A stretch of DNA of 64,000 nt from an archaeon (GTDB lineage: Archaea > Nanobdellota > Nanobdellia > Woesearchaeales > GW2011-AR15). Each line of letters begins with the position of its first letter. Within the stretch, counting starts at the first letter, position 1. The position numbers and the translations under genes were made by a program. Below are positions 29,947 through 41,500 of this stretch, piece after piece. The notes beneath the pieces are model-generated. The model made no database searches. It was given only the letters and a program-made list of their open reading frames with translations, and was not told the origin of the DNA. The stretch lies in contig JABHXU010000001.1 in assembly GCA_018657065.1 (NCBI GenBank), positions 4,703 through 68,702 of the forward strand. The letters are read 5' to 3'.

Positions 29947-30343
29947 CTTTTTTTCTAATATAATTTACTAAAAAAAAATATTTTATCCAATTTAATGATT
30001 TGTAGTGAAAAATATACATAACAAAATCTGCTAAAACGTGTAAAATAAATCCCAAAGAAATTAAAAATAATGTTCTATTAACATAAAATGATATAATACT
30101 AAATATAATTAAAAAGTCTATCATATGAAATATGTAAAAATGAGGTCTATGGACTGTGTTTTCTTTTTTATGCCATTCTAACATTTGTTTGATAGTTTTG
30201 TTTTTAACAACAAAAACTTGATAAAAAATATGATCTATGTCAATAATAATTCCTGCAAGGGCAATTATGAGAATATCAATGTTTTTAAATCCTAAAACAA
30301 ATCCAAAAAATAAATTGATTATGAAATGAATTAGGACATGCAT
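29933..30343 (-). CDS. Membrane-associated putative metal-dependent hydrolase
   Basis: HxxxH, IDIDH, FH, HVLAD motifs. Confidence 0.65.
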   Translation of the reverse strand: MHVLIHFIINLFFGFVLGFKNIDILIIALAGIIIDIDHIFYQVFVVKNKTIKQMLEWHKKENTVHRPHFYIFHMIDFLIIFSIISFYVNRTLFLISLGFILHVLADFVMYIFHYKSLNWIKYFFLVNYIRKKVNFS

Positions 30344-30445
30344 TTGTTTAATATAGATTTTACATATATATTAATTTAATGTTATAAAATAGAAATATAT
30401 TTAATGGACTTCAAACTTTCAATACACTATTGTGGGTGATATTTA

Positions 30446-33127
30446 ATGGATTACTATAAACTTTCAACTAATAAGATATACAAAGAATTAAAGACAGATG
30501 AAAAAGGATTATCAAATAAAGAAGCAAAAGCAAGATTAGAAAAATATGGGTCAAATGAATTAAAACAAAAAAAGCGAATATCACCTTGGAAAATTTTTTT
30601 TGGTCAATTTGCAGATCCTTTGATTTGGATTTTAATGGTTGCTGCAGCAATTTCTTTTTTATTAAATGAACCTGTAGATGCAATAGTTATAGGGATTATT
30701 GTTATTTTAAATGCAATTATTGGTTTTAAACAAGAATATTCAGCAGAAAAAGCTATTGAAGCTCTTAAAAAAATGAGTTCTTTTCATGCTTATGTAATGA
30801 GAGATGGAAAAGAAATTGAGATTGATGCAAAAGATGTTGTCCCTGGAGATATTTTAGTATTAAAAGAAGGAGCAAAAGTTCCTGCTGATGCTAGACTCAT
30901 AAAGGTAAATAATTTTTATACACTTGAAGCTGTTCTTACTGGTGAATCTGAACCTATTTTGAAAAATACAGATATGCTTTCTGGAAATAAAGAATTAGGA
31001 GATCAAAAAAATATGGTTTTTTCTAGTACTGTAATTACAAAAGGAAAAGCTTTAGCTGTTGTTATAAAAACAGGTATGGAAACCGAAATAGGAAAAATTG
31101 CTCAGATGCTTGAAACAACAACAAAAGAATTAACTCCATTACAAAAGAAGATGGATAAATTAGGGCATTTCCTTTCAAAAATGACCCTTGCAATTTGTTT
31201 TATTATTTTTATTGTAGGAGCGGTAAGAAATCCAGAAGTTTTACATACAATAAAGGACTTTGCATTTACTTTTGATTGGTTACTTAAATTTATATTTTCA
31301 ATTAAAGAAAGTTTTCTTGAAGCAGTTGCACTTGCTGTTGCTGCAATTCCTGAAGGGCTACCAGCAGTTGTTACTATAGCTCTAGCTTTAGGAGTTAAAA
31401 GAATGCTTAAAAGACATGCATTAATTCGAAGACTCCCAAGTGTTGAGACTTTAGGATCAACTACAGTTATTTGTTCAGATAAAACAGGTACATTAACTCA
31501 CAATGAAATGACTGTAAAGAAAGTATATGTAGATAATGATATTATTGATGTTACTGGTGCAGGATATGAGCCTATTGGCGAGTTTTCAAAAAACACAGAA
31601 GATTTGGAACTTTTAATGCAAATTGGTGCATTAAACAATGACGCTAAAATTGAGAAAAAAGAAGATGAATGGTCAGTATTTGGAGATCCTACAGAAGCAG
31701 CACTTTTAGTAAGTGCTAGAAAACATGGGATTGATGAAGCATTTATTGAAAGAAATTTAAGAATTGATGAAATACCTTTTGATTCTTCTAGAAAAATGAT
31801 GACTACTCTTCATGAAATAGAAGGTAGAAAATATGTTTATGTAAAAGGAGCACCTGATATACTTCTTTCAAAATGTTCTAAAATTATTGTAAAAGGAGAC
31901 ATTAAGAAAATCTCTTCAACAGATAAGAAAAGAATTCAAAAGATGAATGATGATTTTTCAGGTGATGCATTAAGAGTTTTAGGATTTGCATACAAAGAAA
32001 TTAAAAGAGAGAAAATAGAAGAATGGGAAGAAGATTTAGTGTTTGTTGGATTACAAGGAATGATAGATCCTCCTAGAAAAGAAGTTAAAGATTCTATTGA
32101 GCAATGTAAATCAGCAGGAATTAAAGTAGTAATGATAACAGGAGATTTTATTGGAACTGCAAAAGCTATTGGAAAAGAATTAGGTATTACCGGAAGAGCA
32201 GTTATGGGATCAGAGCTTGAAAAAATTGATCTCGACAAAGAAGTTGAAGATATTGGAATTTATGCAAGAGTTAATCCAGAAGACAAAATGATGATTGTTG
32301 AAGCACTTCAAAAGAAAGGTCACATTGTTGCTATGACTGGAGATGGAGTAAATGATGCACCTGCTCTTAAAAAATCTGATATAGGGATTTCTATGGGTAT
32401 AACAGGTACAGATGTGGCGAAAGAAACTTCTGATATGATATTAACAGATGATAATTTTACTTCAATAGTTAGTGCTGTTGAAGAAGGTAGGGGAGTTTAT
32501 GATAATATAAAAAAATTCTTTGCTTTCTTAATTTCAGGAAACATTGGAGAAGTTTTAATCATATTTTTGGCAATTATATTTGGATGGCCTGTCCCATTAA
32601 CAGCAACTCAATTACTTTTAATTAATTTAGTTACAGATGGATTGCCTGCTGTAGCATTAGGTGCTGATCCGTTTGAACCTAATGCGATGATTAGAAAACC
32701 TAGAAAAAAGGATGAACCTATACATTATGGACTTAATCCCTTTATTATTTGGTATCCAATTATTATGACAACTGTTGTCCTAAGTTTGTTTTATTATACA
32801 TTATCAACAACAAATAATGTTTTAAAAGCGCAAACAGTTGCATTTTTAGCAATATCAATGAGTGAGATGTATCAAGCGTTTGCATCAAGAAGCATAAGAT
32901 ATCCTTCATTTAAAGTTGGATTATTTAAAAATAAATATTTAGTAAAAGCTGTATTGATTTCAGTTCTCGTAACAGTAGGTACTATTTATATACCTTTTAT
33001 GCAGGATATATTTAATACAACTCCAATCCCTTGGCTTGAATTTTTAGGGATTGTAGCATTATCAAGCATAGGTTTTATTTACTTAGAAATAGCTAAAGGA
33101 ATTAAAGCTAAAGCAAGCGAATCTTAA
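30446..33127 (+). CDS. P-type ATPase, type IIA (Ca2+-transporting-like)
   Basis: TGES, IPEGLP, DKTGTLT, KGAP, TGDGVNDAPALK, NLVTDG. Confidence 0.95.
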   Translation: MDYYKLSTNKIYKELKTDEKGLSNKEAKARLEKYGSNELKQKKRISPWKIFFGQFADPLIWILMVAAAISFLLNEPVDAIVIGIIVILNAIIGFKQEYSAEKAIEALKKMSSFHAYVMRDGKEIEIDAKDVVPGDILVLKEGAKVPADARLIKVNNFYTLEAVLTGESEPILKNTDMLSGNKELGDQKNMVFSSTVITKGKALAVVIKTGMETEIGKIAQMLETTTKELTPLQKKMDKLGHFLSKMTLAICFIIFIVGAVRNPEVLHTIKDFAFTFDWLLKFIFSIKESFLEAVALAVAAIPEGLPAVVTIALALGVKRMLKRHALIRRLPSVETLGSTTVICSDKTGTLTHNEMTVKKVYVDNDIIDVTGAGYEPIGEFSKNTEDLELLMQIGALNNDAKIEKKEDEWSVFGDPTEAALLVSARKHGIDEAFIERNLRIDEIPFDSSRKMMTTLHEIEGRKYVYVKGAPDILLSKCSKIIVKGDIKKISSTDKKRIQKMNDDFSGDALRVLGFAYKEIKREKIEEWEEDLVFVGLQGMIDPPRKEVKDSIEQCKSAGIKVVMITGDFIGTAKAIGKELGITGRAVMGSELEKIDLDKEVEDIGIYARVNPEDKMMIVEALQKKGHIVAMTGDGVNDAPALKKSDIGISMGITGTDVAKETSDMILTDDNFTSIVSAVEEGRGVYDNIKKFFAFLISGNIGEVLIIFLAIIFGWPVPLTATQLLLINLVTDGLPAVALGADPFEPNAMIRKPRKKDEPIHYGLNPFIIWYPIIMTTVVLSLFYYTLSTTNNVLKAQTVAFLAISMSEMYQAFASRSIRYPSFKVGLFKNKYLVKAVLISVLVTVGTIYIPFMQDIFNTTPIPWLEFLGIVALSSIGFIYLEIAKGIKAKASES

Positions 33128-33259
33128 TTTTTTTTATTTTTTTATTTAGAATTACTTTTCTAATTAAATAATCTAAACTGCGTAGAAAAAATAATTAATT
33201 ATTTGTCAAGTGATTTTTTAAAACCAGCGAAAATTATAAATTTTCTGGGCATCAAAAAG

Positions 33260-33640
33260 TCATTTGGTGTCCAATGATTTTTTGAAACTCTCAGGAAGAT
33301 CAATAACATATTTTCCATCTCCAAGTTTATAGACAAGAGGTTTTTCTTTAAATAAATTAACTAAATCTAATTCATATTTTCCTGGTTTAACAATTCTAAT
33401 AGATGCTAGATCTAAAACTACTGGAGAATCTTGTTTTTCAGAAATACCGATTAAATCAAAAACATCCTTTTCAATTTGTTTTTTTTCTTTTTTTGTTAAT
33501 TGAACAGAAGCAGATTTGATTTCTTCAAGTTTTTCTTTTTTAACAAAAAAGAATAATTTTCCACCACATTCACAACCCTTAAGAATTTTATCACTACCAT
33601 CTTGATAAAAATTTCCGCATCTTACACATTGGTGTGGCAT
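33260..33640 (-). CDS. oapC: Zn-ribbon protein of the OapC/DUF2072 type
   Basis: MPHQCVRCG...ILKGC.CG...IRIVKPGKYELDL; third gene of oap cluster. Confidence 0.85.
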   Translation of the reverse strand: MPHQCVRCGNFYQDGSDKILKGCECGGKLFFFVKKEKLEEIKSASVQLTKKEKKQIEKDVFDLIGISEKQDSPVVLDLASIRIVKPGKYELDLVNLFKEKPLVYKLGDGKYVIDLPESFKKSLDTK

Positions 33641-33758
33641 TTTATTTTTTCCCTTTAACTTATGCAAACCACTTGATGTTTTTAATTAAAGTGGTTTTTA
33701 GTATTTTGGTTTCAAACCTTTAATAAAGGCTTGATTGCCGAGTGGCATTTATTTTTTC
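33634..33758. mobile_element. Putative ~90-bp two-hairpin insertion flanked by a 17/18-bp direct repeat of the oapC start
   Basis: GTGGCATTT(T)ATTTTTTC at 33634-33651 and 33742-33758; hairpins AAACCACTT/AAGTGGTTT and TCAAACCTTT/AAAGGCTTGA inside. Confidence 0.65.
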
Positions 33759-33762
33759 TTCT

Positions 33763-34176
33763 TTATTTCTTAGATTTTTTTTTACTTGTTTTTTTTGTTG
33801 GTGGAGGTTGTTGATCCTTCATAAGTAATTGAATTTTATCAGGATCTTTTTTTATTTCTTGTATAATATTTGCTGGTCCAATAATTGTGAATCCATTTCT
33901 ATTTCCAAGTAATAATCTAACTAACATAGCATGAATTTGCTTATATAGGCTAGAATCTTTGTCTTGTGGATGAACAACGCCAAGTTCAATTCCAGTGAAC
34001 TTTTCGTCAATATCTTCCATTGTTTTTCTAATTAAATCAGCTTCTTCCTCGTCTCTAAGCCTACCTTCTAATAGGACAATCTTGTCTTGCTTAACAAAGC
34101 TTAACAATTTCTTAATCCTATCATCAGGTTCCAGGTTTGCAATCTGGTTATAGCTGATGAATTGTAAAGTTAACAT
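33763..34176 (-). CDS. oapB: OapB/DUF2073 family protein
   Basis: IVLLEGRL..EEE..LI..TM..I...FTGIE...GFTIIGPA. Confidence 0.85.
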   Translation of the reverse strand: MLTLQFISYNQIANLEPDDRIKKLLSFVKQDKIVLLEGRLRDEEEADLIRKTMEDIDEKFTGIELGVVHPQDKDSSLYKQIHAMLVRLLLGNRNGFTIIGPANIIQEIKKDPDKIQLLMKDQQPPPTKKTSKKKSKK

Positions 34177-34195
34177 TAATTTCAACCTCTTTTTA

Positions 34196-34825
34196 TTATG
34201 CCATCTTCAGCAATTCTTCATAAAACTCATCCATATTAGTTCCATACTTTGCTGAAATTCCTACAACTTTATATTGTGGGAATGCGGATTCAATTTTTTT
34301 AATATCTGCTCTTTTTAAATCAATTTTATTTGCAACAAGTAAAACAGGAATGTTTCTAGCTTGCAAATTACCTACAATTGTAATATTTACTTGTGAATAT
34401 GGGTCTTTAGTTGCGTCTAGACATATAATAACTGTGTCCATGTCATCAAGCCACTTAATTGCATCAATAATACCTTTTGTTGCTTCTTTAGCTCTAGACT
34501 TTGCGTCTTTTTCACCCATGTATTTTAAGAAATCTTCATAATCAACTCTAGTAGCAATACCAGGTGTATCAACTAAATTAAATGAAAGTTCTTTTCCTTT
34601 AGATTTAATTGTGATTTCTTCTTTAATTTGGATCTCACGTGTTTCATGAGCAACATTAGAGACTTTTCCCATGTCTTCTCCTAACCAATCTTGACAGATT
34701 CTATTTGCCAAAGTTGTTTTCCCACCATTAGGTGGACCATAGAGTCCTAATCTAATCTTTTTTTTACCCCTAAACAAACTTCGAAAGAATTTATCTATAA
34801 ATTTTTTAAAAATCTCAAATGCCAT
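34196..34825 (-). CDS. oapA: Era-like small GTPase, OapA type
   Basis: YGPPNGGKTTLANRI..DW, HETR, DTPG, ANKID, ISA. Confidence 0.88.
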   Translation of the reverse strand: MAFEIFKKFIDKFFRSLFRGKKKIRLGLYGPPNGGKTTLANRICQDWLGEDMGKVSNVAHETREIQIKEEITIKSKGKELSFNLVDTPGIATRVDYEDFLKYMGEKDAKSRAKEATKGIIDAIKWLDDMDTVIICLDATKDPYSQVNITIVGNLQARNIPVLLVANKIDLKRADIKKIESAFPQYKVVGISAKYGTNMDEFYEELLKMA

Positions 34826-34899
34826 GCATAGAATAATTTATCCAGGAATATAAAAGCTTTTTGGTAAAATTTATATACGTCTTGCAGCTTTCCTTTGAT

Positions 34900-35463
34900 A
34901 TGGGAACTAAATTCTCTGTTCAAAATTTCAAAAAATATCTAACTTTACGGAATTTTTTAATTGCTGGAATCTTTTTTGTAATATATTTAATGTTTTCAAA
35001 TTTAGCTAAAGCTATAGTGTTTATGGCAATTTTTACTCCACTTGGTATGCTTTCTATTAAAACAACAAAATTTATTCCTCATGTTGGAGTTGAAACAGTT
35101 ACTGCAACTTCATTTTTTATGGGATATATGTTTGGTTGGCCTGTTGGTGCATTTTTTGGTTTAATTTTAGGTTCTTATATGTGGGGTAGTGTAGCTGGTT
35201 TTTCTCAGTTCGTTATTTTAATGATTGGTCTTAATGGACAAGTAGCTATTTTAGGTGCTTGGTTTTTCAAATTGGGTTGGGGTTTTCCTATAGCATATAC
35301 TGTTGGAATGGCAATAAGAAATTTTAGTTCATGGGCTCTAGGTATTGCAATGGGTGCAGATCCAGTTTCTAATATAGGTCACACGGTAGCTGATGTTATA
35401 TGGAATATGATTATTTTTTCTCAACTAATGTTTGTTTTATATGATTTAGTAAAATTTATATAA
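34900..35463 (+). CDS. Membrane protein, possibly ECF S-component-like
   Basis: ~6 TM segments with FGWPVGAFFG motif. Confidence 0.55.
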   Translation: MGTKFSVQNFKKYLTLRNFLIAGIFFVIYLMFSNLAKAIVFMAIFTPLGMLSIKTTKFIPHVGVETVTATSFFMGYMFGWPVGAFFGLILGSYMWGSVAGFSQFVILMIGLNGQVAILGAWFFKLGWGFPIAYTVGMAIRNFSSWALGIAMGADPVSNIGHTVADVIWNMIIFSQLMFVLYDLVKFI

Positions 35464-35484
35464 CAAAATCACAAGAATCTTTCT

Positions 35485-36033
35485 ATGAAGAAATATAACC
35501 AAGCAATAATAAGCGGAGTTGTTAGTTTAGTTATCTTTGCAATTGTTTTAATTTTATGTAATATTCTTTTAAATTATGTTGACGATCAAATTTTTCATAG
35601 AGTTGTATTATTTTTTAATGCAAATATTATTTTAATAATTCTAATGTCAGCAACATTTGCAATTGCCGAAATTTTTTCTAATACAAATTTTCCAATAAAT
35701 TTACCTGCACCACTATTTTATGCTGGTTCAAGTGTTTTACTTGTAAAATTCATTCTCAAAATTTTTGGGTTACTTGAATTATATTTTTCGTTCAGTATAG
35801 TGTCTGTGTTTGAACCACTAACAAAAACAATTTATCCTATACTCTTTATGGTTGTTGCCCTTTTAGGTTATTTTAGTATTTTACTTGATTTATTAAAAAC
35901 AAAAGTTGGACATAATAAAGAAGAAAAAGAAGATAATAAAGAACACGATAAAATAGAAGAAGTGAAAAAAGAAACAAAAGATAAAAAAGAAGAGATAGTT
36001 AATGAGGATGATTATAAACCTAAGGTTGAGTGA
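35485..36033 (+). CDS. Hypothetical membrane protein with charged C-tail
   Basis: Four hydrophobic segments, FPINLPAP motif. Confidence 0.65.
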   Translation: MKKYNQAIISGVVSLVIFAIVLILCNILLNYVDDQIFHRVVLFFNANIILIILMSATFAIAEIFSNTNFPINLPAPLFYAGSSVLLVKFILKIFGLLELYFSFSIVSVFEPLTKTIYPILFMVVALLGYFSILLDLLKTKVGHNKEEKEDNKEHDKIEEVKKETKDKKEEIVNEDDYKPKVE

Positions 36034-36064
36034 ATTGTTTTGCGTACAACAAGATGAGCTAAAA

Positions 36065-36292
36065 CTAAGATTTACCAATTAAAAATAAAATAAGCACGAT
36101 CAAAAATAACACTGTAAATACTATACCAAACCATTTTGCAAATTTTTTGTAATTTTCTATTTTAGAGTCTACACCTTTGGACCACTTGGCATGACTATCA
36201 AGGCGCTCAATGTTTTCAAAAACATCTGAGTTAAAATTTTCTTTAATCTTTGAATCCTTATTGGTTTTTAACTTATTTGAATTATTTGACAT
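36065..36292 (-). CDS. Small protein with C-terminal TM helix
   Basis: ATG at MSNNSNK downstream of tRNA-Ser; hydrophobic C-terminus. Confidence 0.55.
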   Translation of the reverse strand: MSNNSNKLKTNKDSKIKENFNSDVFENIERLDSHAKWSKGVDSKIENYKKFAKWFGIVFTVLFLIVLILFLIGKS

Positions 36293-36358
36293 AATGTTAT
36301 TAAAATAAAAGAGATTTAAATAATTTATCAATAAAATTCTGTTAAAAGAAAATAAGAG

Positions 36359-36440
36359 CGCCAGAGCTGGGATTTGAACCCAGAATCCCAAAGGGACAAG
36401 CTTTCCAGGCTTGCGCAATACCGGATTATGCGACCCTGGC
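36359..36440 (-). tRNA. tRNA-Ser(GGA)
   Basis: GCCAGGG acceptor, CAAGC-CT-GGA-AA-GCTTG, long variable arm, GGTTCAAATCC. Confidence 0.95.
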
Positions 36441-36594
36441 ACAATGTTTTTTTTTGTGACTAAGCACGTTTTTGTGCGCATGTCGCAAGTGTTTTGTTCA
36501 AACCAAAGAAAATGTTAACCATTTTCAGGGCTTTGAAAACTTTGTTTTCAAAACCTTTGTTAAAAGTTTGGATTTTGTGCGACCCTGGCACAAT
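36429..36594. mobile_element. Putative multi-hairpin insertion flanked by a 17-bp direct repeat of the tRNA-Ser 5' end
   Basis: TGCGACCCTGGCACAAT at 36429-36445 and 36578-36594; internal hairpins GAAAATG/CATTTTC and TTGAAAAC/GTTTTCAA. Confidence 0.7.
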
Positions 36595-36674
36595 ATTAGC
36601 AAAAGAATTCTGATTTGTTTATAAAAATTGTTATGACAAAAAGATTATAAGGTTGATTTATTTAGGATTTATTT

Positions 36675-37127
36675 ATGGAAAAAGATAGACAACAAAGTGT
36701 TCCAGCTTCTTATTTAATTTTAATTAGACATAATATGGTTTTACTTTTAAAAAGAAAAAATACAGGATATGAAGATGGAAATTATAGTATGGTGGCAGGA
36801 CATGTTGACGCTGGAGAAACTTTTACTGATGCAATAATTAGAGAAGCAAGAGAAGAAGCAGGAATAATTATTGATCCTAAAAAAATTAAAGTCGTTCATG
36901 TTATGCATAGAGATTCAAAAAGTGAAACAAACAATGAACGAGTAGATGTTTATTTTTTAGCAGAAGAATGGGGAGGAAAACTTCAAAACATGGAACCTAG
37001 AAAATGCGAAGAATTAGAATGGTTTGAATTATATGATTTACCAAGTAATACAATTCCTTATATTAAGCACGCAATTGATTGTTTTAATAAAAATATTTTT
37101 TACAGTGAATTTGGTTGGAAAAAATAA
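36675..37127 (+). CDS. Nudix hydrolase
   Basis: AGHVDAGE...REAREEAGI; NMEPRKC. Confidence 0.9.
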   Translation: MEKDRQQSVPASYLILIRHNMVLLLKRKNTGYEDGNYSMVAGHVDAGETFTDAIIREAREEAGIIIDPKKIKVVHVMHRDSKSETNNERVDVYFLAEEWGGKLQNMEPRKCEELEWFELYDLPSNTIPYIKHAIDCFNKNIFYSEFGWKK

Positions 37128-37191
37128 TCTTAATTTTTCGAAACTTTTTTATTCTTATTATCTTCAGTTTTAGATAAAGAGGTGTATGTTT

Positions 37192-38439
37192 ATGTCTGAA
37201 ATTACTAAAATTATTGCTAGAGAGGTTTTAGATTCAAGAGGGAATCCAACTGTTGAGGTTGAACTTTTTACAGAAGATTTTTCTACAAGAGCAATTGTTC
37301 CTAGTGGAGCAAGTACAGGAGTTCATGAAGCTGTTGAACTTCGAGATGGTGGGAAAAGATTTGGTGGAAAAGGAGTTATTAATGCAATAACAAATGTTGA
37401 GAGAAGAATTGCACCTCATTTAATAGGTTTAAATGTTAAACAGCAACAATTTATCGATGTTATGATGCAAAGACTTGATGGTACAGATAATAAAGAAAAA
37501 CTAGGTGCTAACGCAATTCTTGCTGTAAGCATGGCAGTATGTAGGGCTGGAGCAAAAGCAAAAAATATGCCTTTACACAAATATATTGGTAGATTAGCGC
37601 AAACAAAAATAAAAATGCCTACACCATTTTTTAATGTTATTAATGGTGGAAAACATGCTGGAAATTCTTTAGATATTCAAGAATTTATGATTGCACCAGT
37701 AGGAGCAAAAACTTTTAAACAAGCAATTAGAATGGGCGCAGAAACATATCATGAATTAAAAAAAATTATTAAAAAAAAGTATGGGGTGGACTCAGTAAAT
37801 GTTGGAGATGAAGGAGGTTTTGCTCCTCCATTAAAAGATAATGAAGCACCATTATTATTACTCGAAGAAGCAATTAAAAAAGCAGGATATAAAGGAAAAA
37901 TAAAAATTGCAATGGACGCAGCAGCTTCTGAATTTTATGATGAAAAACTAGAAAAATATGTTTTTGGACATAAACTAGGTAAAAAAACAAAAATACTAGA
38001 TGGGAAAGAATTAGCATCATACTATATTAAACTTTTAAGAAAATATCCAATAATCTCAATAGAAGATCCCTTTGGTGAAGATGATTGGGAGTCATGGAAT
38101 TATTTAATGAAAAAAGTTGATACACAAATAGTTGGAGATGATTTACTAGTAACTAATGTTCAAAGAATAAAAACAGCATTAGATAAAGAAGCATGTAATG
38201 CATTACTGTTAAAGGTAAATCAAATTGGAACAATTAGTGAAGCAATTCAAGCAGCAAAATTATCTTTAGGAAACAACTGGCAAGTTATGGTTAGTCATCG
38301 ATCAGGTGAAACTGAAGACACATTTATTGCAGATTTAGTTGTTGGACTAGGAACTGGACAGATTAAATCAGGGGCTCCGTGTAGAGGAGAAAGAACTTCT
38401 AAATATAATCAACTATTAAGGATTGAGGAAATGGTTTGA
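37192..38439 (+). CDS. eno: Enolase
   Basis: [42 protein letters not shown]. Confidence 0.97.
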   Translation: MSEITKIIAREVLDSRGNPTVEVELFTEDFSTRAIVPSGASTGVHEAVELRDGGKRFGGKGVINAITNVERRIAPHLIGLNVKQQQFIDVMMQRLDGTDNKEKLGANAILAVSMAVCRAGAKAKNMPLHKYIGRLAQTKIKMPTPFFNVINGGKHAGNSLDIQEFMIAPVGAKTFKQAIRMGAETYHELKKIIKKKYGVDSVNVGDEGGFAPPLKDNEAPLLLLEEAIKKAGYKGKIKIAMDAAASEFYDEKLEKYVFGHKLGKKTKILDGKELASYYIKLLRKYPIISIEDPFGEDDWESWNYLMKKVDTQIVGDDLLVTNVQRIKTALDKEACNALLLKVNQIGTISEAIQAAKLSLGNNWQVMVSHRSGETEDTFIADLVVGLGTGQIKSGAPCRGERTSKYNQLLRIEEMV

Positions 38440-38501
38440 ACAGTAAACTATAAAAACCACCTCTATTGTTGTATATCTATTAGTAAAAGAGGCTATAAAG
38501 T

Positions 38502-41500
38502 TTGACAAGAGTAACAAAATTAGTAATGCAAGGTTTCAAAAGTTTTGCAAAGAAAACAGAGATTGTTTTTGGAGATGATTTTAATTGTATTCTAGGTCCT
38601 AATGGGTCAGGTAAATCTAATGTTTTAGATGCATTATGTTTTGTTTTAGGAAAAAAATCTGCTAAATCTTTAAGAGCTGAAAAATCTGCAAATTTAATTT
38701 ATAATGGTGGTAAAACTAAACAAGCAGCAAAACAAGCTGAAGTTTCTATATATTTTGAAAATCATGATGAAGAATTTCCAGTTGAAGAAAAGGAAGTTAA
38801 ATTAACAAGAATTGTAAAATCAACAGGTGTAAGTACATATAAAATCAATAATAAAACAATGAATAGAATACAAGTTGTTGAGTTACTTAGTAATGCAAGA
38901 ATTAATCCAGATGGTTATAATATTGTACTACAAGGAGATATTGTAAGAATTGTTGAAATGTCTCCACTTGAAAGAAGAAGAATTATTGAAGAAATTGCAG
39001 GAATAAATATTTATGAAGATAAGAAACAAAAAGCTCTGAATGAATTAAATAAAGTTGAAGAAAAATTAAAAGAATCAGATATTATACTTGCAGAGAGACA
39101 AGCATATCTAAGAGAACTTAAAAAAGAAAGAAATCAAGCTATGAAATTTAAAGAGCTTGATGAAAAAATTAAAAGAAATAAAGCAACAAGATTACATGTT
39201 AAAATTAATATTAAAGAAAAGAAAAAGCAAGGAATTGATAAAGACATTAAAGCTAAACAAGAAAGTATTTCTAAGGTTGATAAAGAAATCAAAGAATTAA
39301 AAGAAAGAATTGTGATAATTAAGGAAGACATTAATAAAATTAATAAAGAAATTGAAGAAAAAGGAGATAAAGATCAAATAAGAATTCAAAAAATAATTGA
39401 AGAACTCCGAGTTAATGTTGGAACGAATAAATCAAGAATAAATTCTATTGAAAATGAATTAACAAGAGTGGCTGAAAGAAAAGCTCAATTGCAGCAAAGT
39501 TATGATGAAATAAATGAAAAAATTAAAAGACTTGAATCTGAAAGAATTACATATGAAAAATCAATTAATCAAAAAGAATCTCAGATTAAACAATTAGAAT
39601 CAAAAATTTCAGGTTTTAAATCTAAACATAAATTATCTGATTCAGATAATATTGAAAAAGAAATTGAAGATCTTGATAAAAGAGCAGAAGATAAATTAAA
39701 AGAAATTCAAGACTATAGAGAAACCCAACAAAATTTGCTAAGAGAAAAAGATAAATTTGAATATCAAATTGATAGTGCTGATGAAAAGATAGCTAAAGTT
39801 CTTTCAATTAAAAAAGAACATCAAAGAGAACTTGAGAATTTAACAAAAATTAGACAACAGTTTAAACAAGCAACTCTTGAATTAAATACAAGATTAAATG
39901 CAGATTCAGAGGTTACAGCGCAACTTTCTACTGCACGTTCTAGACTTCTTAAAATTAAAGAAGAATTAGCAAAAAATAGAGCAAAACAAGTAGGTATGAA
40001 AGAAAATTCAAAAGATATAGCAATTCAAAAAATTTTAGAAAGTAAAAATAGAATAAAAGGAATTTTTGGAACAGTTTCAAGTTTAGGACAAGTTAATTCA
40101 GAATATTCACAAGCTTTAGAAGTCGCAGCAGGAGGAAGAATAAAAAGTATAGTTGTTGAATCTGATAAGGTTGCTTCAGAGTGTATCAAACTTTTAAAAC
40201 AAAGTAGACTAGGAGTAGCGTCTTTTTTACCATTAAATAAGATTAGACCAGCTGTGCCTGATCCTAATGTTAGTAAAGTACTAAATTATCCAGGTGTTCA
40301 AGGTAGGGCCGTTGACTTAGTTAAATTTAATCCTAAATACAAGAATGTATTTTCTTATGTTTTTGGAAATACTGTTGTTGTTGAAAATATTGGAGTAGCT
40401 AGAAAAATTGGAGTAGGAACTTTACGTATGGTAACTTTAGACGGAGATTTAACTGAACTTAGTGGTGCTATGCATGGGGGATATAGAAAAAGAACTTCAA
40501 GTCATGGATTTCAAGAAAAAGAATTAGTAACCAAAATTGAAGAATATGAAGCTCAAGAAGCAGATTTAGAAGGAATTGTATCAGATTTAGAAACTAAAAA
40601 AAGAGATAATGAAGAAAGAATAACAAAACTTAGGCATGAAAAAGCAGAACTAGAAGCAGATATAATTAAAATTGAAAAATCTCTTCATTTGGAAGATTCA
40701 GATCTTGATATTTCAAAGAACATGAAAAAAGATCTTAAAGAGCAAATTGAAAAAGTGTCTAAAGAATTAAATGAATTACAATTAAAAATTTCTAAATCAA
40801 ATTCAGAATTAGCTCAAATAAAAATGCAAAAACAGCAATTAAGAGATAAAATTAATGCATTAAAAAATCCTAGATTAATTGCTGAACTAAACACATATGA
40901 ACAAAAAAAGACTGAACTTCGAGAGGAAATTATTAGAATTAAATCAGATATGAAGAATATTGAAGCTCAAATTGAAACAATTATGAAACCTGAGATAACT
41001 AATACTAAAAAGATTTTAAAACAACATGAAAAAGAAGTTGATACATTTACTGAAGAAATAAAACAATTAAAAGCGTTAATTAAAGTTGAAGAAAAAGATC
41101 TTAAAGAAAAAGAAGGAATGCAAAAAGAATTCTATTCAAAATATAAAGCACTATTCAAAAAAAGAGATAGTATTAATGAAGATTTAAACAAAACTGAACA
41201 AAAACAGTATAAAAAAGATGAATCTAGAAGAAATATTGAATTAAGTCTAAATAAGATCTCATTAGACAATGCAAAAATAACTGCAGAACTTGAAGGATTA
41301 CTTGAAGAATTTAAAGAGTATGAAAATGTGCCAATTTTTAAAGATAAAGATGAAGAAAAAATAAAAAGAGAAATTTGGGAATTTGAGCGAATGGTAAATA
41401 ATATGGGAGCAGTTAATATGAGAGCTCTAGAAATTTATGACGCAGTTGAAAAAGAGTATACTTCGGTATTAGATAAAAAAGAATTATTAGTCAAAGAAAG

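Noticed and set aside
36293-36481. N-terminal extension of the 138-aa ORF
   Set aside because: Runs through tRNA-Ser; real start is more likely 36292
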